Positions 39,005 through 58,559 of a DNA stretch of 64,000 bases are shown piece after piece. The stretch comes from Ranitomeya imitator (lineage: Eukaryota). The stretch is taken from contig NC_091283.1 in the NCBI RefSeq assembly GCF_032444005.1, positions 162,378,001 to 162,442,000 on the forward strand. The letters run 5' to 3'. Below the pieces are notes generated by a model. That model worked only from the letters and a program-made list of their open reading frames with translations. It was not told the origin of the DNA and did no database searches. Each line of letters starts with the position of its first letter. The first letter of the stretch is position 1. The position numbers and the translations under genes were made by a program.

Positions 39005-39715
39005 TTAGTTCATGAACTGTCGTAGTCGTGGGACGAGCTGATCTAGCGACTGGATCAAGCGATCTGAAGGGATGTCGTCCCGGAGACCCCTCTGGAGGAG
39101 GAAGCTGACCATCCCGGCTTCTCTAGCAGCCATATAATCATTCACAAAATCATCTCCGACATGAGCGGCGTGATGCGGGACCACGTCCCCCAGCTTCAGG
39201 GCCTTGTGAAAAATACCCACATCTGGTTTAGCAACATCGGCGCTCTCCGAGGTCAGAACAAAATCAAAATGTCCATCTAATTCAACCTGCCTGAGGATGT
39301 TCTCCAACCTCCGGTCAAAATTAGAGACCACCGCCATCTTGAGTCCCAGTTCACTGCATCCTATAAGTGCCTCTCGGGCGCCGGGTAAGACCTCCCAGTA
39401 CTTGGCGGTGGAGAAGTCCTGGAAGAGTTTCTCAGACAAGGGTCGGAGGAGCTTCTCGTCTTGGACTCCTGCGAGACGAAACGTTTGGCACACTACGTCC
39501 AGCCACCACTGGTGGGAAGTCATGCCTTGGGAGCGGCCATAATTGGGGAACAGACGACATCGGTTCCTGTACACCTGCCGAAAGGAAGACTCCAGGGTGG
39601 CAGACTCCACCTGAAGGCCTCTGCTCCTGGCCTCGGCCTGGTACTGTTGGCCGACGGGAAGCCGCATCCGGAGCAGAGTGTCTTTCACATCCCATGTTAG
39701 AAGCTTGAGTTTCAT
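39005..39715 (-). CDS. HDHD3: Haloacid dehalogenase-like hydrolase domain-containing protein 3 (236 aa, single coding exon)
   Basis: HAD motifs: LLTWDVKDTLL (I), VVSNFD (II), KPDVGIF (III), HVGDDFVND (IV). Position between BSPRY and ALAD fits. Confidence 0.95.
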   Translation of the reverse strand: MKLKLLTWDVKDTLLRMRLPVGQQYQAEARSRGLQVESATLESSFRQVYRNRCRLFPNYGRSQGMTSHQWWLDVVCQTFRLAGVQDEKLLRPLSEKLFQDFSTAKYWEVLPGAREALIGCSELGLKMAVVSNFDRRLENILRQVELDGHFDFVLTSESADVAKPDVGIFHKALKLGDVVPHHAAHVGDDFVNDYMAAREAGMVSFLLQRGLRDDIPSDRLIQSLDQLVPRLRQFMN

Positions 39716-40845
39716 TTTTCGACAACTTTTCCGAAAAAGGAGATAGCCGTTAGTTGCAGTATAGCAGATACTAAAGGGTCCCTAACACAACTGTCACCTA
39801 ATCCCATGGACGGACACTAATGTGAGCTTCTACCTCCAACCAGAAATGGTTGATGGAGAAAACTAGGCCTATTTTATTGTGAACTGGGCGTCCCTTTTTC
39901 TTAGTGATGAAAAAAGATGGAGCACTCACTTTTCCTAAATTACAACTATACTCTGGAATTTACGCTCCACCCAAGATTCCCATTAGTCATAGGACAGGTA
40001 GATCTTCTATATCGTCCATATTGTTCATCAGCTGCATATCCCTCCTCCCTCCACAAAGAGCACATGACTCCATCTTGACACATATCAGAAATATGATGCC
40101 CTCTTCCCCCTTATGATGGGCACAATAAATACATTGGGTAAGAATTTAAGCAAACACATAGAGCCGAAGTCACGGTGCGCTGGCACGTGTGTACCCACGG
40201 GATTAACTGACCGAGAACATTAATTATTGTCTTAGGTGCAAGCCCCAACACCTTCCCAATCAGAGCCTGGAAACGGGGCTTATTTTACCAAACAGTCATG
40301 AAGCGGTCACTGGCTAAAATAAAATATATATACGTGCTGTGATTGGTGAAACTACAAGTCTGAGCAGACATGAACCGCTGAATGTGAGATTTACAGCCAA
40401 TCTACTGGCCACTATACTGTGACTACCCTGTGTACAGAGTCGTGTATGGTACGACTTATGAATTGAAGTCCCTGGAGTTTGTATGCAGGAGTCGAGTGGG
40501 TGGTCCTATTCAGTGACTGACAACTGCATGCACAGTCATACAGGGACCGCCCACTGGACTCCTGCACACACTTAAATGAATAAAATTCAAGCTATACAGA
40601 AACATTTCCCACAAAATTTATATCAAGCTGATCAGCTCCTCTGGCTCTACAACATCCTGCCTGCGGATCAGATACAATTTTCAACTTTACAGGTTCCCTT
40701 TAAGGCCCCCATAAAAGTTACGGTAAATAAGTCATCCAGACCCACTGACTTTCGGATCGTAAGGTGGGCTCCTGACTCTCCCATTACAGATTATATCGGG
40801 GGACATAAACAATGGGCAGATGGGAATAAATTCCTTGATCTTTAA

Positions 40846-41159
40846 AGGGACTCTGTCACCTGAATTTGGAGGGAACAATCTTCAGCCATGGAGGCGGGGT
40901 TTTCGGGTGTTTGATTCACCCTTTCCTTACCCGCTGGCTGCATGCTGGCTGCAATATTGGATTGAAGTTCATTCTCTGTCCTCCATAGTACATGCCTGCG
41001 CAAGGCAAGATTGCTACTACGGAGGACAGAGATTGAACTTAAATCCAATATTGCAGCCAGCATGCAGCCAGCGGGTAAGGAAAGGGTGAATCAAACACCC
41101 AAAAACCCCGCCTCCATGGCTGAAGATTGTTCCCTCCAAATTCAGGTGACAGTGTCCCT
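40846..41159. mobile_element. T2/Kolobok-type palindromic MITE
   Basis: TTAA TSD, AGGGACTCTGTCACCTGAATTTGG terminus, near-perfect internal palindrome. Confidence 0.8.
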
Positions 41160-41303
41160 TTAAGCCAATGGCTCTCTCATACAGAGCCCCAGAGCAGTCA
41201 GGCGAGCCAAGCGCTGCTGTGTATGGGGGTCAGGACAGGCGGCTATATAATGTGTATGGCCAGCTAGGCTACACAGGAAACCAGACTGCATGGTCCGTAT
41301 TAA

Positions 41304-42146
41304 AGGGACTCTGTCACCTGAATTTGGCGGACCCTGTGTCCGGTCCGATGAGCGGTGTTTCCTCTTTCATTCACCCAGGTACGGACTGGGGATGAAATTC
41401 AGCCCTGGCATTTGAAATCACACAGGCCCATGTTGTCCCCATGAACCAGATGGGATATATTACTAATATTACCCTAGATGGAGGAAAGGAAGAATTACTG
41501 CAAGACCAATATTTCTAATGATAGCCGTTGCCTGTTAGGGTAAGTGACGGAGTCAGCGACTTTGTGCTCCATCACAACTCTTAACAGTATGTGTATCTTG
41601 CGAACACCGATTCTGTTAACAACATGGCAGACAAGGCAGCCCATGACCAGACAGGCCCTTCTGGCATTTGCCAGAATTGCCAGGTGGCCAGTCCTGCCCT
41701 GCATTCACCCCTTCCTTTCCCGCTAGCCGCAATATTTTCTTGAATTTGAGCAGGTTTCCTCCGTAGTTCACGCGTGTGCAATGCCATTTTGCCTTGAGCA
41801 CGTGCAGTATGCTTTGCCCAACTGCGGGCAAAGCCGAAAAGTATTACTGCGCATGCGCCGCTGCACTATGTCCCGGAAGTATTTTGCTGAGTTCCGGGAC
41901 ATAGTGCGGCAGCGCAAGCGCGGCAATGCTTTTCGGCTTTGCCCGCAGTTGGGCAAAGCATACTGCGCCTGCGCAAGGCAAGATTGCGTTGCACACGCGT
42001 GAACTACGGAGGAAACCTGCTCAAATTCAAGAAAATATTGCGGACAGTGGGAAAGGAAGGGGTGAATGAAAGAAGAGAAAACACCACCCATCGGACCGGA
42101 CACAGGGCATGTACATAGCCCGCCAAATTCAGGTGACATCGTCCCT
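41304..42146. mobile_element. T2/Kolobok-type palindromic MITE carrying a nested hAT element
   Basis: TTAA TSD (41300-41303, 42147-42150), same termini as the 40846 copy. Confidence 0.8.
41376..41701. mobile_element. Non-autonomous hAT element nested in the T2 MITE
   Basis: TIR CAGGTACGGACTGG / CCAGTCCTGCCCTG and an 8-bp TSD CATTCACC (41368-41375, 41702-41709). Confidence 0.8.
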
Positions 42147-42469
42147 TTAAGGCAAAAGCCCAGCTTAGGGATTCCTTATGTAGGATGTGGGGAAATTATT
42201 TTATAGGGTTAATCCCTACACAAAGGATAGAGGATATTCAGCCCCATGCAGAGGAAGGGAAGCGCACATTCGTGGGACTAGGAAAATTCAGGATGGCACT
42301 CAGAATTGTCGGTGGTCCCCTTGGTCGGACCCCCAATAATCGGCAAGTTATCACCTATCCTTTGGGTAAAGTATAACCATTTTTTTAATAACCCTTTAAA
42401 GGGGTTGTTCAGTACTTTTCTATTGATAGTCCACATATAGGATAATTCCACCCAATAGTCAGCTGCTAA

Positions 42470-42664
42470 GGCTGCCGTCACACTAGCAGTATTTGGTCAG
42501 TATTTGACATCAGTATTTGTAAGCCAAAACCAGGAGTGGAACAAATAGAGGAAAAGTATAATAGAAACATATGCACCACTTCTGTATTCATCACCCACTC
42601 CTGGTTTTGGCTTACAAATACTGATGTAAAATACTGACCAAATACTGATAGTGTGACGACAGCC
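42470..42664. mobile_element. PIF/Harbinger-type palindromic MITE
   Basis: GGCTGCCGTCACACTA / TAGTGTGACGACAGCC with TAA TSD. Confidence 0.75.
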
Positions 42665-42964
42665 TAAGAGTCGGCTGCAGCCGCTGTACGCTGTGATGGA
42701 GCCGTGCAGTTTGACATCTGATCACATTACCACCATTTGCACCAAGCACAGCCGATCAGTGTGGTGCCGTGTATCACTTCTCCACCAATCTGGTATATAC
42801 TGTATATGACTGATCCTAAACATCAATATTGGAGTCGTGGACAACCCCTTTAATACAGGCTGCACAGCCCGGCTTCCTTCTCAGACTCATACCACTACGG
42901 CTTGTGCCTTTTCTGGTGTGTTGGAGACGACGCAGTCATGGCAGTGTATTACAGAGTGCAGAGC

Positions 42965-45030
42965 GGTGTCCCCTCCTCACACAGCCGTACCCCCTCGTCA
43001 CACAGCAGTGCCCCCTCCTCACACAGCCGTACCCCCTCCTCACACTGCGGTGTCCCCTCCTCACACAGCCGTACTCCCTCCTCACACAGCAGTGCCCCCT
43101 CCTCACACAGCCGTACCCCCTCCTCACACTGCGGTGTCCCCTCCTCACAGTCGTACCCCCTCCTCACACAGCGGTGCCCCCTCCTCACACGGCGATGTCC
43201 CCTCCTCATACAGTGGCTTCCCCTCCTCACACTGCGGTGTCCCCTCCTCACACTCACAGACACAAAAAGAGGACTTAAAAATCCTCCAAAAAAGTCAGAG
43301 AAAAAAAGCAGATGTTTACCTGCTGAAGCCTCCAACCAAATGCACCAGCAGGGCGCAGCGGACCCGTGATGTGGGTTGCCAGCTTACGTATTGAGGCCCC
43401 AATATAAACTAATACCTTACATACATTGATATGTGGTTTTCTTTTTGCACTTTATCTTGCAGGGCGCAGTCGGACCAAGATGGCTCTGTAAACTATTGGC
43501 CCCTGTTCACACAGCATGCATTTTGTAGCACTGGGCAGCCCGCCTGTATGTGCATTACTAATAGGCTGCAAACCAGATGCTCTGCATTGCGTGTGTGAAT
43601 TATGCCATATACAGACTAGTATCTCTTATCTTTTTGTGCACTAATGCCAAACAGCCAACACTGGATTGAAAGTGGTTGTTTCATCGGTATTTTTTGCACC
43701 TGTGGATTTGCCATCATTTATCGGGTCCGCTGCACCCTGCTGGTGCATTTGGTTGGAGGCTTCAGCAGGTAAACATCTGCTTTTTTTCTCTGTGACCCTC
43801 CTCACACTGCAGTGTCCCCTCCTCACACGGCGATGTCCCCTTCTCACACAGCCGTACCCCCTCCTCACACAGCCATACCCCCTCCTCACACTGCAGTGTC
43901 CCCTCCTCACACAGCCGTACCCCCTCCTCACACTGCAGTGTCCCCTCCTCACACAGCCGTACCCCCTCCTCACACAGTGGCTTCCCCTCCTCACACAGCG
44001 GCGTCCCCTCCTCACAGCGGCTTCCCCTTCTCACACAGCCGTACCCCCTCCTCACACAGCCATACCCCCTCCTCACACAGCCATACCCCCTCCTCACACT
44101 GCAGTGTCCCCTCCTCACACAGCCGTACCCCCTCCTCACACAGCCATACCCCCTCCTCACACTGCAGTGTCCCCTCCTCACACAGCCGTACCCCCTCCTC
44201 ACACAGCCATACCCCCTCCTCACACTGCAGTGTCCCCTCCTCACACAGCCGTACCCCCTCCTCACACAGTGGCTTCCCCTCCTCACACAGCGGCGTCCCC
44301 TCCTCACAGCGACTTCCCCTTCTCACACAGCCGTACCCCCTCCTCACACAGCAGTGTCCCCTCCTCCTCACACAGCGGTGTCCCCTCCTCACATGGCGGC
44401 CCCTCCTCACATGGCGGCTTCCCCTTCTCACACAGCCGTACCCCCTCCTCACACAGCGGTGTCCCCTCCTCACACTGCGGTGTCCCCTCCTCACACTGCG
44501 GTGTCCCCTCCTCACACAGCCGTACCCCCTCCTCACACAGCCATACCCCCTCCTCACACTGCAGTGTCCCCTCCTCACACAGCCGTACCCCCTCCTCACA
44601 CAGTGGCTTCCCCTCCTCACACAGCGGCGTCCCCTCCTCACAGCGGCTTCCCCTTCTCACAGCCGTACCCCCTCCTCACACAGCAGTGTCCCCTCCTCCT
44701 CACACAGCGGTGTCCCCTCCTCACATGGCGGCTTCCCCTTCTCACACAGCCGTACCCCCTCCTCACACTGCGGCTTCCCCTCCTCACACAGCGGTGTCCC
44801 CTCCTCACACTGCGGTGTCCCCTCCTCACACTGCGGTGTCCCCTCCTCACAGCGGCTTCCCCTTCTCACACAGCCGTACCCCCTCCTCACACAGCCATAC
44901 CCCCCCCCCCCTCCTCCTCACACAGCAGTGTCCCCTCCTCCTCACACAGTGGTGTCCCCTCCTCACACAGCCATACCCCCTCCTCCTCGCACAGCCGTAC
45001 CCCCTCCTCACACAGCGGCGTCCCCTCCTC
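42965..45030. repeat. C-rich ~20-23-bp minisatellite (CCCCTCCTCACACAGCCGTA-type), interrupted at 43255-43794
   Basis: Visible variant units. It explains the long P/H/S/T-rich ORFs at 43666-45180 and 43812-45059. Confidence 0.95.
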
Positions 45031-45179
45031 ATAAATTACTACTGGGGAATGGGATCTAGACCCTGGGATCCAGCCACTAAAATACAGGAAATAATGTCAT
45101 TGTTACCAATAGCAACCAATCAAATCACAGCTTTTTCAGGTGGGGCAGGTCATACAAGCCGCGTTCTCATTGGTTACTA

Positions 45180-45450
45180 GAGTAAAGACGCCCTCTCCAA
45201 GGAGTGCGAGCTGTGTCACATGACCTCCCTGGCCCTGCTCGCCCGACCTCACTTACCGGAAGCTGCGCTTAGAGCCGTCACACCGTGATGATGAGAAGAC
45301 TCCGGTCCGACAGTAAAGTCTTCCCCCACAAGCTCGGGGAAATCGAGAGCAGTTAATTGTGGTTCCGGTTTTCAGACACACAGGGAGGGAAACCGCCGGC
45401 TCGGTAGTGAGACTGCTGTCCGTCACTGATCACCGGCCCCCGCTTCTGCT
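45180..45450 (-). promoter_or_regulatory. Putative HDHD3 promoter and non-coding exon 1
   Basis: CpG-rich with ETS-type CCGGAA/TTCCGG motifs. Minus-strand donor CTTCCG|GTAAGT at 45257/45256; a matching acceptor candidate (CTTTAG) lies at 39771. Confidence 0.5.
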
Positions 45451-46326
45451 CTTCTCTCTTTGCTTAGATTTGTCTCTCAATTTGACTTCAGCGTGGGGAA
45501 CTATAGCAGCATTTATTAGAGAAATGCTTAAATAGCAACTCCACACACAACGATCACAGCCAGCTATACCCGGCTGACTCCGGATGGAGCCTGTGTGGGT
45601 GCCATTTGCCTACACGTCGATTCTAGGGAGCAGATGTGTTTAATTCCCTCCATAGTCTTGTAGTGGTTTCCAATCAGTTTGTGTACTAACATCTCTGCTG
45701 GCCGTCACTGAACGAGAGCATTACACTGCCACAGACCGGTCCTGTATTTATGCTCCTCACAGCTGAGGGTTTGTGACAATTGCATCTGGCCTAGACAATC
45801 CGGTGTGAGCTGGCCTGGGGATCTGACCTCTTCTGAAAGTGAGGAACCGCGAAGCTGCTGAGGAAAACGGGGCCCTCCATTCTCAGAAGCAAAGCTTGGA
45901 CCCCATTTTTATCGCCACTGATCAGACAGTGGCAGAACATCACCTTCTCAGATGGGAAATCCACCTTAAAGGGAATGGTCACCTCGACAAATGCCGGATA
46001 GCGCAGACGTGCGGCCAGTCTTCAGATCAATGCCGCCTCCCTGAACGTGCAGCTAAGGGAGAAAACAATCTCGTTTCCTCCCCGGAGCCGCCGGCTGTCA
46101 CTCATGGGTGCGTGCACTGACCAGCTGTAGGTTAGGGCAGCACTGACCTGAAGATTAACCTTGTATCACAGAGCGGTTTCCAAGGTGACAGATTCCTTTA
46201 TAAAGGACATGTTGCTTGCTAGATATATGAAATACTTTACCTGGAGTAAACGCTGCTGTTCTGAATTCGCCAATGCTTTCCTTTAGTTCCTCTCCGCTCC
46301 TGAGATACGGCTCCATCTTCCCTGTA

Positions 46327-47938
46327 CAGGTCCTTCTCAAAAAATTAGCATATAGTGTTAAATTTCATTATTTACCATAATGTAATGATTACAATTAAAC
46401 TTTCATATATTATAGATTCATTATCCACCAACTGAAATTTGTCAGGTCTTTTATTGTTTTAATACTGATGATTTTGGCATACAACTCCTGATAACCCAAA
46501 AAACCTGTCTCAATAAATTAGCATATTTCACCCATCCAATCAAATAAAAGTGTTTTTTAATAACAAACAAAAAAACCATCAAATAATAATGTTCAGTTAT
46601 GCACTCAATACTTGGTCGGGAATCCTTTGGCAGAAATGACTGCTTCAATGCGGCGTGGCATGGAGGCAATCAGCCTGTGACACTGCTGAGATGTTATGGA
46701 GGCCCAGGATGCTTCAATAGCGGCCTTAAGCTCATCCAGAGTGTTGGGTCTTGCGTCTCTCAACTTTCTCTTCACAATATCCCACAGATTCTCTATGGGG
46801 TTCAGGTCAGGAGAGTTGGCAGGCCAATTGAGCACAGTAATACCATGGTCAGTAAACCATTTACCAGTGGTTTTGGCACTGTGAGCAGGTGCCAGGTCGT
46901 GCTGAAAAATGAAATCTTCATCTCCATAAAGCATTTCAGCCGATGGAAGCATGAAGTGCTCCAAAATCTCCTGATAGCTAGCTGCATTGACCCTGCCCTT
47001 GATGAAACACAGTGGACCAACACCAGCAGCTGACATGGCACCCCACACCATCACTGACTGTGGGTACTTGACACTGGACTTCAGGCATTTTGGCATTTCC
47101 TTCTCCCCAGTCTTCCTCCAGACTCTGGCACCTTGATTTCCGAATGACATGCAAAATTTGCTTTCATCAGAAAAAAGTACTTGGGACCACTTAGCAACAG
47201 TCCAGTGCTGCTTCTCTGTAGCCCAGGTCAGGCGCCTCTGCCGCTGTTTATGGTTCAAAAGTGGCTTTACCTGGGGAATGCGGCACCTGTAGCCCATTTC
47301 CTGCACACGCCTGTGCACGGTGGCTCTGGATGTTTCCACACCAGACTCAGTCCACTGCTTCCTCAGGTTCCCCAAGGTCTGGAATCGGTCCTTCTCCACA
47401 ATCTTCCTCAGGGTCCGGTCTCCTCTTCTCGTTGTACAGCGTTTTCTGCCACATTGTTTCCTTCCAACAGACTTACCATTGAGGTGCCTTGATACAGCAC
47501 TCTGGGAACAGCCTATTTGTTGAGAAATTTCTTTCTGGGTCTTACCCTCTTGCTTGAGGGTGTCAATGATGGCCTTCTTGACATCTGTCAGGTCGCTAGT
47601 CTTACCCATGATGGGGGTTTTGAGTAATGAACCAGGCAGGGAGTTTATAAAAGCCTCAGGTATCTTTTGCATGTGTTTAGAGTTAATTAGTTGATTCAGA
47701 AGATTAGGGTAATAGGTCGTTTAGAGAACCTTTTCTTGATATGCTAATTTATTGAGACAGGTTTTTTGGGTTATCAGGAGTTGTATGCCAAAATCATCAG
47801 TATTAAAACAATAAAAGACCTGACAAATTTCAGTTGGTGGATAATGAATCTATAATATATGAAAGTTTAATTGTAATCATTACATTATGGTAAATAATGA
47901 AATTTAACACTATATGCTAATTTTTTTAGAAGGACCTG
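46327..47938 (-). mobile_element. Apparently intact autonomous Tc1-family IR/DR transposon (1612 bp)
   Basis: TA TSD, 200-bp TIRs (46327-46526, 47739-47938) with a repeated AATTAGCATAT motif, and an uninterrupted transposase ORF. Confidence 0.97.
46605..47609 (-). CDS. Tc1 DD34E transposase, 334 aa
   Basis: MGKTSDLT.. HTH region, GRKR hook, FSDESKF, FQHDLAPAH followed by 34 residues to NPIE, ending KGFPTKY*. Confidence 0.95.
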   Translation of the reverse strand: MGKTSDLTDVKKAIIDTLKQEGKTQKEISQQIGCSQSAVSRHLNGKSVGRKQCGRKRCTTRRGDRTLRKIVEKDRFQTLGNLRKQWTESGVETSRATVHRRVQEMGYRCRIPQVKPLLNHKQRQRRLTWATEKQHWTVAKWSQVLFSDESKFCMSFGNQGARVWRKTGEKEMPKCLKSSVKYPQSVMVWGAMSAAGVGPLCFIKGRVNAASYQEILEHFMLPSAEMLYGDEDFIFQHDLAPAHSAKTTGKWFTDHGITVLNWPANSPDLNPIENLWDIVKRKLRDARPNTLDELKAAIEASWASITSQQCHRLIASMPRRIEAVISAKGFPTKY

Positions 47939-50235
47939 TATATACATGGAGTCTTTTTAGCTAAGTGGGTGGGGTTTTGAAGAACTCACCCTTAGAGAAT
48001 AGTTGATGGTCAAGCCCACTTGACTAATAAAGGTTAGATATACGTACAAAGAAGGAGGCCATACCTCTGGGTCACAGAGGGACAGGAAGAAAAGAAAAAC
48101 ACCAGATTCAGGAGAACAGTAGCAAATATACCAAGTAAAAAAAATAGGTATATATGGGGAGTGACAGGTCTCTGTAATTTACCATTCTGTCCAGGGGGCA
48201 GGGGTGGGTTGTACAACATCTAAAAGGATGTTGGTTATTGCTAAGACCATTTTAAAACATGGATCTAGTATTGTTCTGGGTGAACAGCAGCTGGATGGGA
48301 AGCAATGACGTCCTCTGAGTGGCTGAGACAGTCATGTGACCTGCCTCTGATGACATCCTGTTCTCCAGTCACATGACCACCAAGGCCTGTGAGTGCCTGA
48401 GACAGTCATGTGACCTGCCTCCGATGACATCCTGTTCTCCAGTGACATGACCACCAAGGCCTGTGAGTGGCTGAGACAGTCATGTGACCTGCCCCTGATG
48501 ACGTCCTGGTCCCATCCCTTGCAGCCAATTAGAGCTCTTAGCTGTCAGGTGACTGAAGGATGTGATATCATTGCTTACAGTCCTGGTGCAGACCACCAGC
48601 GCAACCTGTGCTGCATCCACGGCGCTCCCTGAATGTTTTTGGAGTGTGGTACAGGGAGGCTGCAACATCACACTTGGATCCAGATGTGGGCATGGGAGAG
48701 GTGTGCTCTGCAGATCACCATCAGACATGCTTCCATTTTATTGTTAGAGTATGTGCAGATGATCCGGAAATGGCAGGGCTTTGAACGCAGAGTAAGTTTG
48801 CTGCCCTCTATTGAACGCAGGTGAATCCGCCTGAGATCACTGACCAGTGCAGATACACCGCATCCAATACATTAGATTGGTGAATTTCTCCGCAAGAGAA
48901 ATGGACATGCTGCTCCCTGGAGAGAGGTGCGGCATGTCCGTCTCCGCGGGTGAGCCGTGGGTGCACATACATGTATAGTGGGCATGAGATTTCTTGAAAT
49001 CCCATCCACTATGCTGTAACAGCTGCTCGAGTACATAGCGTCCAACCCGCAGTGTTCACTGATCATCTGCACTTACCCTTACAGAAATTCTATTTGGCAA
49101 TAATAATAATAAAAAAAGTTATGGCCATGTGAACAGCACCATAGTCTATAACGTGGGGGCTACAGATCGCGCTACATTTCTGATCTCCCCAATACCCATG
49201 GTCGCTCAGATCAGCCTTTATACATGTCTTCTCAGAGGGGAGAAAGGAATAAGATGCTGCCAGACCTCTCAGGCAGCGGCTTATTTTCACAGAGAACAAA
49301 AGGGGACAGGCATACCGAAATTCAACAAGCCCAACCCTATTGTCTCTGCATCACCTGTTGGGAAAGAGTCAGAACGTAGGCAGGTTCAGGTGACATTCAA
49401 GAAAAGTGGTGTAATCATAAATGAGAAAGGTATTACAATTTTAATAATATATATTTTTTATTTTCTATAACGAATAATACTTCATAGTAAAAATCTGTGT
49501 TTTACGTACAAGGTCTTCATCACAGATCAGCCGAAATAGGAGAAGAATAAAACGTAATGCTGTGAAATCACTGCACAACATAATGTATGAAATCGCTAAA
49601 AGCAGGTATAAAACACATCTTAAAGGGATTATCCAGCGCCGCTCACTTCCGCATCGGCTGCCATCGTCGTGTTCCCACCTACCTCCTGGGACACCACTGG
49701 CAAACATCATGAGCATCTCCTTTTCATTAGACGAGAGTGGCGCTTGACAACCCATTTAAGATTAAAACAAATTTACAACTAAAGAGTTTAAGGTGTATTC
49801 CACCCTAAACACGTAGTGGGACGTCTAGTGATCACCAAAACAGGGGGCCCACGTTTTTCTCATAGTCCCCGGTCAGAAGAAACTGAATGGGTCCTACACA
49901 GATTTAACAGTTATCACATATCCAAGGGCAGAGGAGAACTTGTTTGGGCAGGAATGCCGTTTTTTGGGGGAGTGGGGAGAGGATTAAAGCAAAAGAAAGG
50001 TAAAATGTAAGGCTGTGCATTATACCAGTATTGTACTCTAGTGGCATATACACTGCGCCCCGTGTGCTGCTAGGAATTAAAATCTATTCATAGGCGATTT
50101 GCACCCAGCCTGAAGGGGTTACTAATACTCCCAGCACAATTCTAGTGAACGGATCGGAGTAATAATCGGGAAGCCGGTGCTGATATTTGCGCTGCTTATG
50201 GCTCTGGGGACGTCCTTGCTGACTCCACAGTGGCC

Positions 50236-57067
<6,832 letters not shown>

Positions 57068-58329
57068 TCTGTCTGTGAAGGAAAAAAAAAAATTTTGTCC
57101 ATTGTTCACCAGAGCTACAAATAAAGTTCAGAAAATGAAGTCACCTTTGTTGCTCTGGGAAACTGCTTCAAAGTTTCTCCCTGAGGAGACTACAAGGTGC
57201 CAGTGCAACCTATCCTTTCATCAACAAACTTTATTGATACTGTTCTGGAATGGACAATGCTCTGGTAGCAACAATTTAACCTCTTCAACGCCTCAGTCAA
57301 GCTTTACTTTGGACGGTCCTGGCCCCTGTGAGCCATGATGGCGGGGCGCCGACAGGTTACAGTGGCAGCCAACATGTCAGAACTTAACCCCAAACACGGT
57401 CGTGAAATTGGTGATCGCTCTCATGGCTCCTGGAATAAGGGGAAAGGAAAATAGGAGTAATGCAGCTGTTCGATGTCACTGCAGACTCCCTGATAGATAT
57501 TTGGCTCCTCCCATTTGTCACATAAGGACACCATACGCTCACCTCCCTCACCAATGTCCCGGTTACACTATAAATATCCTATCAACATCCTTGTGTGAGC
57601 GAGCCCCAAGGGCGATTCCTATAAAGCAGCCACTGATGGGTTAATATGCTGCAATGTGACGGATAGGAGCCCCCCTCCATATTGGGCAGACACCACCCAC
57701 TTGTCAAAACCTGCAAACATTCTGGGTGGGTGTGGGCCGGGTGTGGCGGGGGTCAGCAATGGTTTTGCCAACATTGGTTGCAATCTGGAGGGCGAAGATA
57801 AGAGAATCGCTGATCCGGGGAACTGCAGTAATGGCCGCAGCCGGGAGACGGGGACCATGGCGAAGACTGAGAAGAATGGCGCCGACATCGGGGGTCTTGG
57901 CCCAACCGCAGAAAGTTTACACACCCGTATAACATGGAAGCATTGCATAAGATAAGGTGGCGTCAGAACCCACCTCAGAACGCAGGAAAAAAAGGAATTT
58001 CTGCAAAACTGGCGTCTCCGGTGTTACCACATCCGATAATAATAATAATTTATTATTATTATTCCATTTATTCAATGGGCTCTACATCCAGAATATTCTG
58101 CACTGCAGCCTGCCGGAGTACAGGAATTACACAAGACGGTGATGAGCAGATCGGGGAAGGAATTATACACACGGATATACAATAGTCGCTGCCGGGGGAC
58201 CTGCACTTAAAGGGGATGTCCATGGGAGATAACTGGTTGTAATAAATGGACGTAATATGGGGGGTCCCGGTATAAGAGAAGTGGGGGGATTATGGGGCGT
58301 CCAGATAAAGACACTGCAGAAAGTAACAC

Positions 58330-58460
58330 CGCCAGCAGCAACCCTAGAGCCGCAACTCACCGCTCCCCGCAGCTCCGTCCGTCCGTCTGTGACCTCACTC
58401 ACGTGTCACCCCGGGCACAAGTATCCCGGAACCGGCCTGCAGCCCGCCCCCTCATTGCCA
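58330..58460 (-). promoter_or_regulatory. Putative ALAD non-coding exon 1 and GC-box promoter
   Basis: CpG-rich. Donor GACAC|GTGAGT at 58403/58402, GC box CCCGCCCC at ~58444-58451, and an acceptor at 57072 five nt before the ATG. Confidence 0.55.
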
Positions 58461-58559
58461 GATCCCAAACCCCCTGCCGCTGATGACACCCAGTGGCCAA
58501 ATGTTGGTACTGCAGCCAGCTCTGTATAACTAGACAGAGGGTAATGCAGGGAGAAGAGA

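Noticed and set aside
45102-45116. Perfect X-box match GTTACCAATAGCAAC near the HDHD3 promoter
   Set aside because: It is embedded in a GCAACCAATC..ACAGC context that I recognise as a common short frog repeat, so it is weak evidence alone.
43666-45180. 504-aa and 415-aa Pro/His/Ser/Thr-rich ORFs
   Set aside because: They are translations of a stop-poor C-rich minisatellite; several frames and both strands are open, with no domain or splice context.
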